Shown one piece after another: positions 17,039 through 26,276 of a stretch of DNA of 64,000 nt. The position numbers and the translations under genes were made by a program. Under the pieces are notes generated by a model. That model was not told the origin of the DNA, did no database searches, and saw nothing but the letters and a program-made list of their open reading frames with translations. The stretch lies in assembly GCA_963702475.1 (NCBI GenBank), contig CAVPCT010000003.1, forward strand, positions 736,001 to 800,000, read 5' to 3'. Each line of letters starts with the position of its first letter. The stretch's first letter is position 1. The DNA comes from an uncultured Thermoleophilia bacterium (GTDB taxonomy: Bacteria > Actinomycetota > Thermoleophilia > UBA2241).

Positions 17039-17986
17039 ATGGCCGAGCTGCTTGTGTACAGCGAGAAGATCGAGACCGCCCGCGAGCTGGTCGCCGGCGG
17101 CAAGGAGATAGCGGCGGCCCTCGGCCTCGGCCTGGCGGCCGCGGCACTGGGGCCGGGCGCCGGAGCCGCGGCGAGCGAGCTCGCCGCCGCCGGCGCCGAC
17201 AAGGTGTACGTGAGCGAGGACCCGGCTCTGGAAGGCTGGCCGGCCGACGCAGTGGCCGCCGGCCTCGCGCAGATCGTCGAGCAGGCCGGCGCGACCGTCG
17301 TGCTCGTCGGCTCCACGCGGCGCGGCAAGGAGACGGCGCCGCGGCTGGCGCAGAAGCTCGGCGCCGGCTGCGTCACCGACGTCAACAGCTGCGCCATCGA
17401 GGACGGCGACGTCGTGGCCGGCCGCTACGCGTTCGGCGGCGCGACCGTCGCGCGAGAGAAGGTGACCACGCCGGTCAAGGTCTTCGCCGTGATGCCCAAG
17501 ACCTTCAGCGCCGAGAACGCAACGCCCGGCGCGGGGGCTGTGGAGAACGTAAGCCTCACCCTCGAGTCGAAGGTGAAGGTCGTCGACAGGCGCGCCAAAG
17601 AAGGCGACCACGTGAACCTCGACGCCGCACCGCTCATCGTCGGCGTCGGGCGCGGCTTCAACAAGCGCGAGGACCTGGCGCTCGGCGACGACCTGGCGGC
17701 AGCGCTGGGCGCCGTGGTCGGCTGCACCAAGAGCCTCGCCGACTTCGAGTGGCTGGGCGAGGACCGCATCATCGGCCTCTCCGGCGCCAAGACGGCGCCC
17801 GACCTGTACCTGGGCGTCGGCGTCTCCGGCCAGATCCAGCACACGGTGGGCGTGGCCGGCGCCAAGCTGATCGCGGCCGTCAACAAGGACAAGGAGGCGC
17901 CGCTCTTCGCGATGGCCGACTACGGCATCGTCGGCGACCTCTACGAGGTGCTGCCCGCGCTCGTCGAGCGCCTGAAGTCCGTGTGA
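17039..17986 (+). CDS. etfA: Electron transfer flavoprotein alpha subunit (FixB/EtfA)
   Basis: ATG 17039 just after the etfB stop; VGVGRG, IGLSG, GVSGQIQHTVG, AVNKDKEAPLF..ADYGIVGDL. Confidence 0.92.
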   Translation: MAELLVYSEKIETARELVAGGKEIAAALGLGLAAAALGPGAGAAASELAAAGADKVYVSEDPALEGWPADAVAAGLAQIVEQAGATVVLVGSTRRGKETAPRLAQKLGAGCVTDVNSCAIEDGDVVAGRYAFGGATVAREKVTTPVKVFAVMPKTFSAENATPGAGAVENVSLTLESKVKVVDRRAKEGDHVNLDAAPLIVGVGRGFNKREDLALGDDLAAALGAVVGCTKSLADFEWLGEDRIIGLSGAKTAPDLYLGVGVSGQIQHTVGVAGAKLIAAVNKDKEAPLFAMADYGIVGDLYEVLPALVERLKSV

Positions 17987-18088
17987 CTGATTGCCGGGGG
18001 CGCGGCCACCGGCCAGTGGCCGCGTCGCCCCCGGCGAGTCGCACACCAGCTGCCCCGCCGGTGAGAGACGGCTCCGGCGGGCGCACCC

Positions 18089-18121
18089 GGGCCGGGGCCC
18101 GCCTTGCGGCGGCCCCGGCCC
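18089..18121. terminator. GC hairpin downstream of the etf operon
   Basis: gggccggggcc(c)gcc-ttgc-ggcggccccggccc followed by ttcctctt. Confidence 0.55.
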
Positions 18122-18329
18122 TTCCTCTTCTCACGCCGTCTCCGCCGGCTGGTCGTCCGCGAGCTGCTCCATCTCGGCCGGCTGCGTTTCGTCGCGCTGG
18201 GTGCGGCGGCGCGTGCCGGTCGGGATGAGTCCCGCGGCGACGGGTCTGCGCGATGCTGTCGGTTGGAGCGCTACGAGGATGTACGGCACAGGCGTGGCGG
18301 CGGCTTCGGACGTGGAGGGGGCGCGAGGA

Positions 18330-18405
18330 GGGCCAGGTGTCAGCTGATCGTCGGAGCCGACTCGTGATCGGCGGGTCGCCAGTTCGAGTCCAGTTTGGCC
18401 CACCA
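18330..18405 (+). pseudogene. Degenerate full-length copy of tRNA-Ile2(CAT)
   Basis: 18355-18405 matches 33963-34013 at 44/51 nt. Acceptor and anticodon stems still pair, T stem has 2 mismatches, D arm is decayed, anticodon is changed to CGT; ends in CCA. Confidence 0.75.
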
Positions 18406-18491
18406 CGTTGTCACTGCGCACATACATCGCACGGTGAATGAGCGCCCTCCTCCTGCCCGAACACGCGGAGTCCGGCAGCCCGGAGCGCCCT

Positions 18492-19733
18492 TCACGCCCA
18501 CAGACAGCAGATTGGGAGTGCCAACAGGCGATCCCCGAGCGAGTACGGACGTGGGCCGCTATGGAGGACCAGCCCGGCGACGAAGCGATCGTCGAACTCG
18601 TCTCTCAGCCAGCGAAGGTGACGCGCACTGGCGGGCGCGGGAGCAGCCTCTGCCTTCACTTCGATTGCGATGAGGCGACCGTCGGGGCTCTCCAGCAGGA
18701 GGTCGATCTCGTGGCGGCCGCCTTCGAGCCGCACGTGGTGGGCTCGCAACTCCAGGTCGTCTGTGTGTATCTCAGCTCTGACTTGGCTCATGACGTACGT
18801 ATCGAGCACCCTGCCCATCAGATCGCCGTCACGGAGCACTCCCTCCCCGTCCACCTGGAGCGCAGCGCCGACGAGTGCCGGGTCGACCACATATCGCTTG
18901 GGGGTGCGAGCAAGGCGCTTGAGACGATTGGTCGACCATGCCGGTATGGAGTCGACGATGAACAGATTGGTGAGGAGGCCATCGTAGGCCGCGGCGGTTC
19001 GGGCGTTGATGCCCGCGGCATCGTAGAGCTTCTTTGCTTCGGCAAGGCCCGATGTGCTCACGGCCAGCGTTTCGAAATACCTTCTGAGGCGGGCCGGGTC
19101 ACGGCCGACGTCGATCTGCGAGGCATCACGCGTGAGAACCTGGTCGAGGTAGGCACGGAGCCAGCGACGACGCCCTGCCCCGGAAAGGTGAAGCCGTGGT
19201 GAAGGGAACGACCCCGCCAGAGCCGCGTCGATGTAGCCGCGCAGGTCGGGGACGTCACTCGGCACGGAGAGGGCCGCGTCGATGCCCTCGAGGAGCAGAC
19301 GGCGGAAGAGGCCAGGCACATGCGTCCGTCCGGTGAGCTCGCGAGTCACCAGGCCGTCCATGACGACGCGCATGAGCCGTCCGGTCCCGGGCCAGGTCTC
19401 GGTATCAAGATCTGCGCGCACCGAGCCTGTCAGCAGGAAGCGACCGGGTCGCGCGTCCTCATCGACCGCACGCTTGACGGCACCCAGTACAGACGGCACC
19501 GCTTGCCATTCGTCGATGAGGACCGGTTCCTTGAGGCCGCGGAGTGCGACGTCGGGGTCGGCGCGGAAGACCGCGGCATCGGCCTCTCGATCAAGCCGGA
19601 CGACATCTTTGGCGTGACGAACGGCCGTCGTTGTCTTCCCGACTGCCCTGGCTCCGACGAGCAGGACGGCCGGAAGCTCGCTCAGGACATCGGTGAGGAG
19701 GGGGTCAAGAAGCCTCTGCACGTAGCCTGACAT
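18492..19733 (-). CDS. ATP-binding protein, AAA_14 plus DUF4143 (restriction-endonuclease-like C-terminus)
   Basis: MSGYVQRLLD, GARAVGKTT, LIDEWQ, FLLTGS, TPKRYVVDPAL, EIDLLLE...IAIEVK; TACTAT -10 box 6 nt before ATG suggests a leaderless mRNA. Confidence 0.88.
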   Translation of the reverse strand: MSGYVQRLLDPLLTDVLSELPAVLLVGARAVGKTTTAVRHAKDVVRLDREADAAVFRADPDVALRGLKEPVLIDEWQAVPSVLGAVKRAVDEDARPGRFLLTGSVRADLDTETWPGTGRLMRVVMDGLVTRELTGRTHVPGLFRRLLLEGIDAALSVPSDVPDLRGYIDAALAGSFPSPRLHLSGAGRRRWLRAYLDQVLTRDASQIDVGRDPARLRRYFETLAVSTSGLAEAKKLYDAAGINARTAAAYDGLLTNLFIVDSIPAWSTNRLKRLARTPKRYVVDPALVGAALQVDGEGVLRDGDLMGRVLDTYVMSQVRAEIHTDDLELRAHHVRLEGGRHEIDLLLESPDGRLIAIEVKAEAAPAPASARHLRWLRDEFDDRFVAGLVLHSGPRPYSLGDRLLALPICCLWA

Positions 19734-19743
19734 GCCATAATAG

Positions 19744-19805
19744 TACCAAGATTCCGCACAACATGCTACCAAGATCTCGCACTCTGCGATACCACCATAC
19801 CGCAC
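19744..19805. promoter_or_regulatory. Three direct repeats TACCA-N6-CGCAC at exact 23-bp period in the promoter of the AAA/DUF4143 gene
   Basis: taccaagattccgcac (19744), taccaagatctcgcac (19767), taccaccataccgcac (19790). Confidence 0.6.
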
Positions 19806-19834
19806 GATCTGAGGCCTCGGCGCCGGCCCGCGGC

Positions 19835-20476
19835 TCAGCCCAGCAGCGCCCTGACGATCCCGAGCCCGCGGGCCGCGTCGTCGCACCAGCCGTCGGCGCC
19901 GAGTCGCTCGCTGACCATCGCGTCCACGGCGCCTCCGCCGATCACGATGGGCAGGTGCGGGTGCCAGCTCGCCGACGCGACGCGCACCAGGTCGATGGTC
20001 TCGCGCAGGCTCTCGTACCCGGACGTGAGCAGGCACGAGAGCCCGACGACGTCCGGGCGTTCGCGCTGTACGACCTCGGCGACCTGCTCCGGCGGCACGT
20101 TGACGCCGAGGTCCACGATGGTGAACCCGTCGGCGTCGAGCAGCGCGACCACGATGTTCTTGCCGATGTCGTGCATGTCGCCGCGCACGGTGGCGACGAC
20201 CATCTTGCCGCCGCTCGCCTCGCCGCGGGCGGCCTCGAGGCGCGGCACGATGAGCTCGGCCGCCTCGCGCAGGATCTCCCCGGCCATGATGAGCGCGGAG
20301 ATGTAGTAGGTCCGCTCCTCGTAGAGCCGGCCGACGCGTGCCATCCCCGCGCGGCATTCGTCGAGCAGGACCGCGGGGTCGTCGCCGCCGGCGAGGCGTT
20401 CGCGGACCTGCGTGAGGGCGCCGCGCTCGTCCATGCGCACGATCAGCTCGTCCAGGCTCTCGCGGCCATCGTTCAC
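19835..20476 (-). CDS. Cobalamin-binding (corrinoid) protein of a methyltransferase system
   Basis: ATVRGDMHDIGKNIV (DxHxxG), DLGVNVP, VGLSCLLT, IGGG. Confidence 0.9.
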   Translation of the reverse strand: MNDGRESLDELIVRMDERGALTQVRERLAGGDDPAVLLDECRAGMARVGRLYEERTYYISALIMAGEILREAAELIVPRLEAARGEASGGKMVVATVRGDMHDIGKNIVVALLDADGFTIVDLGVNVPPEQVAEVVQRERPDVVGLSCLLTSGYESLRETIDLVRVASASWHPHLPIVIGGGAVDAMVSERLGADGWCDDAARGLGIVRALLG

Positions 20477-20480
20477 GGCG

Positions 20481-21119
20481 TCACCTGAAGCTCAGGCGGT
20501 CGGCGCGGCCCACGAAGCGGCCCCAGCTCTCGGGGCGGTCGTCGAAGTCGTAGAAGAGGTGCTCCACCACCCAGGCGAGCGTGACGGCGGCGTCGCCCAG
20601 GTACGCCGCCTCGGCCTCCGTGAGGGCGGAGGCGTGCAGGGTGAGGCGCCCGTACTTGAGGTCGGAGCCGGCCGCGCCGGAGAAGAGGTCGCGCAGCGCC
20701 GTCATCTCGAGCTGGGCCTCGACCAGCGGCCGGGCGGGATCGAACACAAGGTACTCGCTGTGGCAGAAGACCGGCTCCTCGCCGGGCAGCAGAAGGCGCT
20801 TGATGGCAATCACGCGGTCGTCCTCGGCGACGGCGAGCTTCTCGACCACCCGAGGCGCGGGCGTGACGATGCGCGCCTCCAGGATGCGCGCCTCGATGCT
20901 GGGGTCGGCGATGTAGCTCATCAGGTCGCTGAGGTCGAACGACGCCGCGGCGAGCTGCGGTGGCTTCACGAAGGTACCGCGCCCGTGCTCGGTGTACACG
21001 ACGTCCTTGCGCACGAGCTCGGCGATGGCACGGCGGACCGTCATGGGGCTCACGTCGAACGCCGCGCAGAGCTCCGCCTCCGAGGGCAGACGGTCGCCGG
21101 GCCGATGGTCGCCGTTCAC
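20481..21119 (-). pseudogene. GntR/HutC (UTRA) family regulator, N-terminally truncated
   Basis: PGDRLPSEAEL...VSPMTVRRAI..L...GRGTFV plus UTRA domain; first wHTH helix is missing and the gene runs directly into the URO-D gene fragment. Confidence 0.7.
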
Positions 21120-21894
21120 GGCGCCGTTCTTCGCCGGCATCTCGGCGCCGCCGGTCAAGGAGATGCTGCTCAAGCCGGCCGAGGCCGGCGACGCCGCCAT
21201 GGAGTGGCTGCAGGTGGCCATGGCCGCCGACGGCAGGGTCATGACCACCCTCGGCATCCCGCAGACCGCCGCCGGCGCCACCAAGGCGCCGTACGACACG
21301 CTCGGCGACACCATGCGCGGCACGCGCGGGCTGATGCTCGACAAGTTCCGTCAGCCAGAGAACGTCAAGGCGGCCATGGAGCGGCTCGTGCCGCAGTCGA
21401 TCGACTGGGCGGTGCGGTCCAACAACATGACCGGCAACCCCATCGTGTTCATCCCCATCCACAAGGGCGCCGACGGCTTCATGAGCGACGCCGACTTCAA
21501 GGAGCTGTACTGGCCGACCTTCAAGGCCGTGCTGCTGGGCCTGATCGAGCAGGGTCTGGTGCCGTGGGTCTTTGTGGAGGGTTCGTACAACGAGCGACTC
21601 GAGGTCATCGCCGACGAGGATATCCCGGCGCACCGCATGATCTGGATGTTCGACGCCACCGACATGGAGCGCGCCAAGGCGACCGTCGGCAAGCGCCGGT
21701 GCACCGGCGGCAACGCGCCGGCCGCGCTGTTCGCGATGGGCACCCAACAGGAGATGGACGACTACGTCAAAGACCTGCTCGGCAAGACGGCCACGGACGG
21801 TGGCTTCATCCTCAGCAGCGGCATCGTGCTGGACGAGGCCGACCCGGCGGCCTACCGGGCCTTCATCGAGGCCGGCCGCAAGTACGGGGCCTGA
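21120..21894 (+). pseudogene. Uroporphyrinogen decarboxylase (URO-D/MtaA) family methyltransferase, 5'-truncated
   Basis: APYDTLGDTMRG..GLMLD, FIPIHKG..GFMS...F..LYWP, EG.YN.RLE, GGFILS; the N-terminal part is absent. Confidence 0.75.
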
Positions 21895-22038
21895 CGGCGC
21901 GGCGTCGGGCAGGCCATCCGGGCCTTTCAGGGGCGCCGGCGGGGGACCGTCGGCGCGCCTCGGCGGCTCTGCTACCATGCGGCCCAGGCGAGCGAGCGGC
22001 AGGAGGGTGACGTGGTCGACGAGGCTGGTGTGGCTGAC

Positions 22039-22685
22039 ATGGCGGAGGACCTCCTCGGGCGGTACGAAGAGTTGCCGTTCCCACTCGCCCGCGTGGCGAC
22101 CGTGGACACCGTGCGCATCGGGATCACGCGGCACCACATCCCCGTGCTTTTGGAGGTCGACGTGACGGCGGCGAGCGCGTCCCCATGCCGTTCGTGGTGC
22201 GGCGCGCCGACCGTAAGACAGTGGAGGAGATCGGCGAGGAGATCCGCCGCGCGCAGACGCGTGTGCTCGCGCCCGGCGAGCAGTGGTTGGCAAGCGGCGG
22301 CCGCGTCCCGCTGCCGCGCCTCATGCGCCTCGCGTTCTCCGCGCCGTTCCTCCTGCGCAAGTGGCCTTTCTGGGACCGGCTGCTCGGCGACCCCTTCCGC
22401 GTCAAGCGCACGATGGGCACCGTGATGGTGACCTCCGTGCCGCTCTCCACGCGCTCGGGCACGCGGGCCTGGGCCGCGCCCGTGGGCATCCATCCGCTGT
22501 GGGTCGCGCTCGGCGCGGTCGCGCAACTGCGCGACCCGGAGCGCGAGCTGCTCAGCATGACGGTGCTCTTCGACCACGACGTCACCGACGGCGTGCCCGT
22601 CGCCCTGTTCCTGCGGCGCCTCACCGAGCTGATGGAGATGGCCTGGGGGCTCGACGCGGAGGCGCCGGCCTCGGTGCCGGCATGA
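22039..22685 (+). pseudogene. 2-oxoacid dehydrogenase acyltransferase-like protein, frameshifted/internally deleted
   Basis: HHIPVLLEVDVT in one frame; PFVVRRADRKTVEEI...GTVMVTSV...LSMTVLFDHDVTDGVP in another; break near 22170-22185. Confidence 0.7.
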
Positions 22686-24832
22686 GTGGGAGCGCGACGT
22701 CCGTGCCGGGCGGCGCGGCGACCCTCCCGGTCTCCTGCAACCGCGACTGCGGCGGCGGCTGCCCCTTGCTCGCGCACGTCGAGGGCGGCCGGGTCGCGCG
22801 CATCACGCACAACCCGGCCGGCGGGCCGTACCTCAAAGGCTGCATCCGCGGCTACCTGGCCGCCGAGCAGCTGTACGACCCGGCGCGGCTGACGAAGCCG
22901 CTGGTGCGCACCGGGCCGCGGGGGTCGGGCCAGTTCCGCGAGGTCTCCTGGCCCGAGGCGGTGCGTCTGGTCGCCGACGGCCTCGCGTGGGTGCGCGAGA
23001 AGCACGGCGACGGCGCCGTCCTCGGCCTCGGCGGCTCCGGCTCGTGCCGCGGCGCCCTGCATCACACCGGCCGCCTGCGCTCGCGCTTCCTGAACCTCGC
23101 CGGCGGTCACGTGAGCGAGTCGGACAGCTACAGCTCGGCGGCCATCCGGTTCACGGAACAGGTCGTGCTCGGCACGAACGACGGCGGCGTCGACGCGGGC
23201 ACCGTGCCGCACGCGGAGATGCTCGTGCTGTGGGGCGCGAACCTTATGGACTGCATCATGGGCTGCGAGTGGCGCGCGCGCGTGCGTGAGGCGAAGCGGA
23301 ACGGCGTCCCGGTGGTCGTGATCGACCCGCGGCGCACGGCGACGGCGAAACAGCTCGGCACCGAGTGGCTGCCGGTGCGGCCGGGCACCGATAGCACGCT
23401 CCTGCTCGGCCTGCTGCACGTGCTCGTCACGGAGGACCTCGTCGACGAGGCCTTCGTCGCCACGCACGCCACGGGGTTCGACCAGCTTCGCGCCCGGGTG
23501 CTCGGCGAGGGAGGCGCCGCGCCGGGGCTGCCCAGCGGCGGCCCGACGACTCCCGAGTGGGCCGAGACGGTCTGCGGGACTCCGACGCCGCGCATCGTCG
23601 CGCTGGCGCGCGCGTGGGCGTGCCGCCGGCCCACCATGCTCGTCCAGGGCCTGGCTGCCCAGCGCACGGTCGGCGGGGAGGAGGCCTCGCGCCTGGCTAT
23701 CGCCCTGCAGGTCGCGACCGGCAACCTCGGCCGCCTCGGCGGCTCCTCGGGCGGGCGCGTGTGGGACGCGCTGCCGCGCCCGCGCACGGGGCGCATGCCC
23801 GTCCCCGACGCCCCGGCGTCCACGACGATTGCCGTCAACGACTGGGCGCGCGTCCTGCTCGAGGGTCCGGCCGGCGGGTACCCGGAGGTGCACGCCGTCT
23901 ACAACGTCGGCGGCAACTACGTCGTCCAGGGTGCGGACGTCGGCTTGAACATGCGTGCCCTGCAGGCCTCGGAGTTCTCCGTGTGCCACGACCTCTTCCT
24001 CACGGCCACTGCACGGCAATGCGACGTCGTACTGCCGGCCACCCACTGGCTCGAGCGCGACGACGTCGTCGATTCGTGGGCCGACTTCCTGCTGTACTCG
24101 CACAAGGTCGCGGAGCCGCCGGGCGAGGCGCGTCACGACTACGACATCTTCGCGGAGATAGCCGAACGCATGGGGTTCGGCGAGGCGTTCACGGAGGGCA
24201 AGGGCGAGGCGGCCTGGCTCAGCGAGTTCCTGGCCGCCTCGGACGTCGAGGATGCGGACGAGTTCCGCCGGACAGGCATCTCGCTGTGCCCGGAGCGCGG
24301 GCGGGTCGGCCTGGAGGAGTTCGCGGCCGACCCGGAGCGGCACCCGCTGCCCACGCCGAGCGGCAAGGTCGAGCTGGCCGGCGCGGTCTGCGCGGCCGCC
24401 GGCCTCAGCGAAGCGCCCGAGGCGCGCCCGCAGCTTGTCGACCGGGCGCGCCCCCTCCGTCTCGTCACGCCCAAGTCGCGCGTGCGCATCCACTCCCAGC
24501 TGGCGGACCTGCCGGCGTTCCGGGCGCGCGACGATCGCGCGCTGTGTCTGAACCTTGAGGACGCGGCCGCGCGGCGCATCTCCGACGGCGACGCCGTCCT
24601 GATCGACAGCGCGCAGGGGCGCGTGCGCTGCGCCTGCCGCGTGACCGACGACGTCATGCCCGGCGTCGTCTCGGTGCTGGCGGGCGTCTCGCCCGAGTTC
24701 GCGGCCGACGGGGTCGACGAGGCCGGCTCGGCCAACGTGCTCACCTGCAGTGAGCCCACCCTGCCGAGCCGGGGCTGCCGCCTGCACTCCACGTGGGTGG
24801 AGGTCGAGCCCGTGGCGGGTCAGCGGTCCTGA
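22682..24832 (+). CDS. Molybdopterin-dependent oxidoreductase, DMSO reductase family catalytic subunit (no Tat signal)
   Basis: CNRDCGGGC...KGC.RG Fe-S motif, RLTKPL, VIDPRRT, PGTD, DVVLPATHWLE, TPSGKVEL, RIHSQ. Confidence 0.88.
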   Translation: MSGSATSVPGGAATLPVSCNRDCGGGCPLLAHVEGGRVARITHNPAGGPYLKGCIRGYLAAEQLYDPARLTKPLVRTGPRGSGQFREVSWPEAVRLVADGLAWVREKHGDGAVLGLGGSGSCRGALHHTGRLRSRFLNLAGGHVSESDSYSSAAIRFTEQVVLGTNDGGVDAGTVPHAEMLVLWGANLMDCIMGCEWRARVREAKRNGVPVVVIDPRRTATAKQLGTEWLPVRPGTDSTLLLGLLHVLVTEDLVDEAFVATHATGFDQLRARVLGEGGAAPGLPSGGPTTPEWAETVCGTPTPRIVALARAWACRRPTMLVQGLAAQRTVGGEEASRLAIALQVATGNLGRLGGSSGGRVWDALPRPRTGRMPVPDAPASTTIAVNDWARVLLEGPAGGYPEVHAVYNVGGNYVVQGADVGLNMRALQASEFSVCHDLFLTATARQCDVVLPATHWLERDDVVDSWADFLLYSHKVAEPPGEARHDYDIFAEIAERMGFGEAFTEGKGEAAWLSEFLAASDVEDADEFRRTGISLCPERGRVGLEEFAADPERHPLPTPSGKVELAGAVCAAAGLSEAPEARPQLVDRARPLRLVTPKSRVRIHSQLADLPAFRARDDRALCLNLEDAAARRISDGDAVLIDSAQGRVRCACRVTDDVMPGVVSVLAGVSPEFAADGVDEAGSANVLTCSEPTLPSRGCRLHSTWVEVEPVAGQRS

Positions 24833-24872
24833 GCCGCCCTGAGGATGAGGCCGCCGGCCTCGTCCCGGCCGC

Positions 24873-25874
24873 TCAGAGCACGCCGAGCAGCAGCAGAGCC
24901 GCGACGACCACGGCGAGCCCGATGCGGTACCAGCCGAAGATCGCCAGGCTGTGCCGGTTCAGGTAGCCCACCATCCACTTGATGGAGAGAGCCGCGGCGA
25001 CGAAGGCCGCGACGATGCCGATCACGGGCGCCACGATCCCCAGCGTGTCGACGATGGCGCCGCCCTCCTTGGCCGTCTCGTACAGTGATGCTCCTGTCAG
25101 GGTCACCAGACCGAGCAGGAAGCTGTACTCCACCGCCGCCTGCGTACTCAGTCCGACCAGGCGGCCGCCGAGGATGGTGATGAGGCTGCGGCTCACGCCG
25201 GGCCACATGGCGACGCACTGCAGCAGGCCGATCACGAGAGCCTGGCGGGCGGTGAGGTCCTCCAGGGCGTTGCCCTGCGCCGAGGTGCGCCCGGAGCGAT
25301 TGTCGTGACGGGCGACCGCGAGGATGACGAGACCGCCTGCCAGCCACGCAGCGGTGATCGGCCACAGGTCGAAGAGGTACTCCTTGAGCAGCTGCTCGCC
25401 GAGCACGCCGATGATGACGGCGGGGATCACCGAGGCGATGAGGGCGATCGCCACCTTGCGGCCGTCGGCGTCGCGTCCCACGACGCCGCGCAGGATGCTC
25501 CAGATGCGTCTCGCGTAGAGCACGAGCACGGCGAGGATGGCGCCGAACTGGATGACGATGACGTAGGCGTCGGTCGCGTCCTTGCTCTCCTGGGTGTCGG
25601 TGAGCCCCAGCGCCTCGGCGGCGAGCAGCAAATGGCCGGTGGAGCTCACCGGCAGGTACTCGGTGACGCCCTCCACGATGCCGAGGATCACGGCGTCGAC
25701 GTACGAGAGGACGGGCGGGCCGTCGTCGTTCTCCTGCGGCGACGGCGAAGGCTCCGCCGACGGCGTGCCGCTCGCGGATGCCGTGGCCGGGGCGGTCGCT
25801 ACGCAGGCCCCGGCCGTGACGACGAGGAACAGTGCGACAACGGCGAGCAGGGAGAGGACGGGTGGGCGTCGCAT
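24873..25874 (-). CDS. uppP: Undecaprenyl-diphosphate phosphatase with N-terminal extension
   Basis: LGIVEGVTEYLPVSSTGHL, IQFGAILAV, PGVSRS, AVEYSFLL, FGWYRI. Confidence 0.9.
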   Translation of the reverse strand: MRRPPVLSLLAVVALFLVVTAGACVATAPATASASGTPSAEPSPSPQENDDGPPVLSYVDAVILGIVEGVTEYLPVSSTGHLLLAAEALGLTDTQESKDATDAYVIVIQFGAILAVLVLYARRIWSILRGVVGRDADGRKVAIALIASVIPAVIIGVLGEQLLKEYLFDLWPITAAWLAGGLVILAVARHDNRSGRTSAQGNALEDLTARQALVIGLLQCVAMWPGVSRSLITILGGRLVGLSTQAAVEYSFLLGLVTLTGASLYETAKEGGAIVDTLGIVAPVIGIVAAFVAAALSIKWMVGYLNRHSLAIFGWYRIGLAVVVAALLLLGVL

Positions 25875-26027
25875 CCGCCGTACTTTATGTGACGGCGTGG
25901 CCGCGTGCACCTTGCGCGCAGATCCCCGCGTTCCGCGCCGCGACGTCCCCATCGCCCACTCACACGCCGGTCACAGCGCCTGAACGTGCGCCCGTCATCG
26001 TGTCCTCCCCGACCGCGAGGAGGACCC

Positions 26028-26255
26028 GTGGCCAGACTGTACGCCCTCGGAGTGAGGTTGTGCGGCCCGGTCTGCGGCGCGACCACAGCCGTCCAGCACG
26101 TCCTCGTCCAGCGTCAGCGGGTGGTCCATTGCGCGGCGTGCGGCGCCCGCGTCGATCTCCAGTCCGTCGAGATGCGGCGCGAGGCGGCGAGGGTCGAGCG
26201 CGACTGGACCAGGTTCTGGGAGGACATGCGCGACGGGGCCGGGCCGCTGACCTGA
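26028..26255 (+). CDS. Small zinc-ribbon-like hypothetical protein
   Basis: AGGAGG RBS plus GTG; CGPVC...HCAACG; similar to 28018-28257. Confidence 0.6.
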   Translation: MARLYALGVRLCGPVCGATTAVQHVLVQRQRVVHCAACGARVDLQSVEMRREAARVERDWTRFWEDMRDGAGPLT

Positions 26256-26276
26256 CGCGGCTCGGGCGGGCGCCTC

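Noticed and set aside
18330-18405. Functional tRNA-Thr(CGT)
   Set aside because: The D arm lacks the conserved T8/GG pattern and the T stem has two mismatches; the sequence clearly derives from the CAT tRNA.
18131-18427. 98-aa minus-strand ORF
   Set aside because: It overlaps the pseudo-tRNA and has no recognisable motif; at best a C-terminal remnant.
18492-20357. 621-aa call for the AAA protein, and extended starts for pyk (28091), etfA (16433), MFS (60243) and HAD (61322)
   Set aside because: The extensions overlap upstream genes in another frame; shorter starts with RBS or coupling evidence were used.
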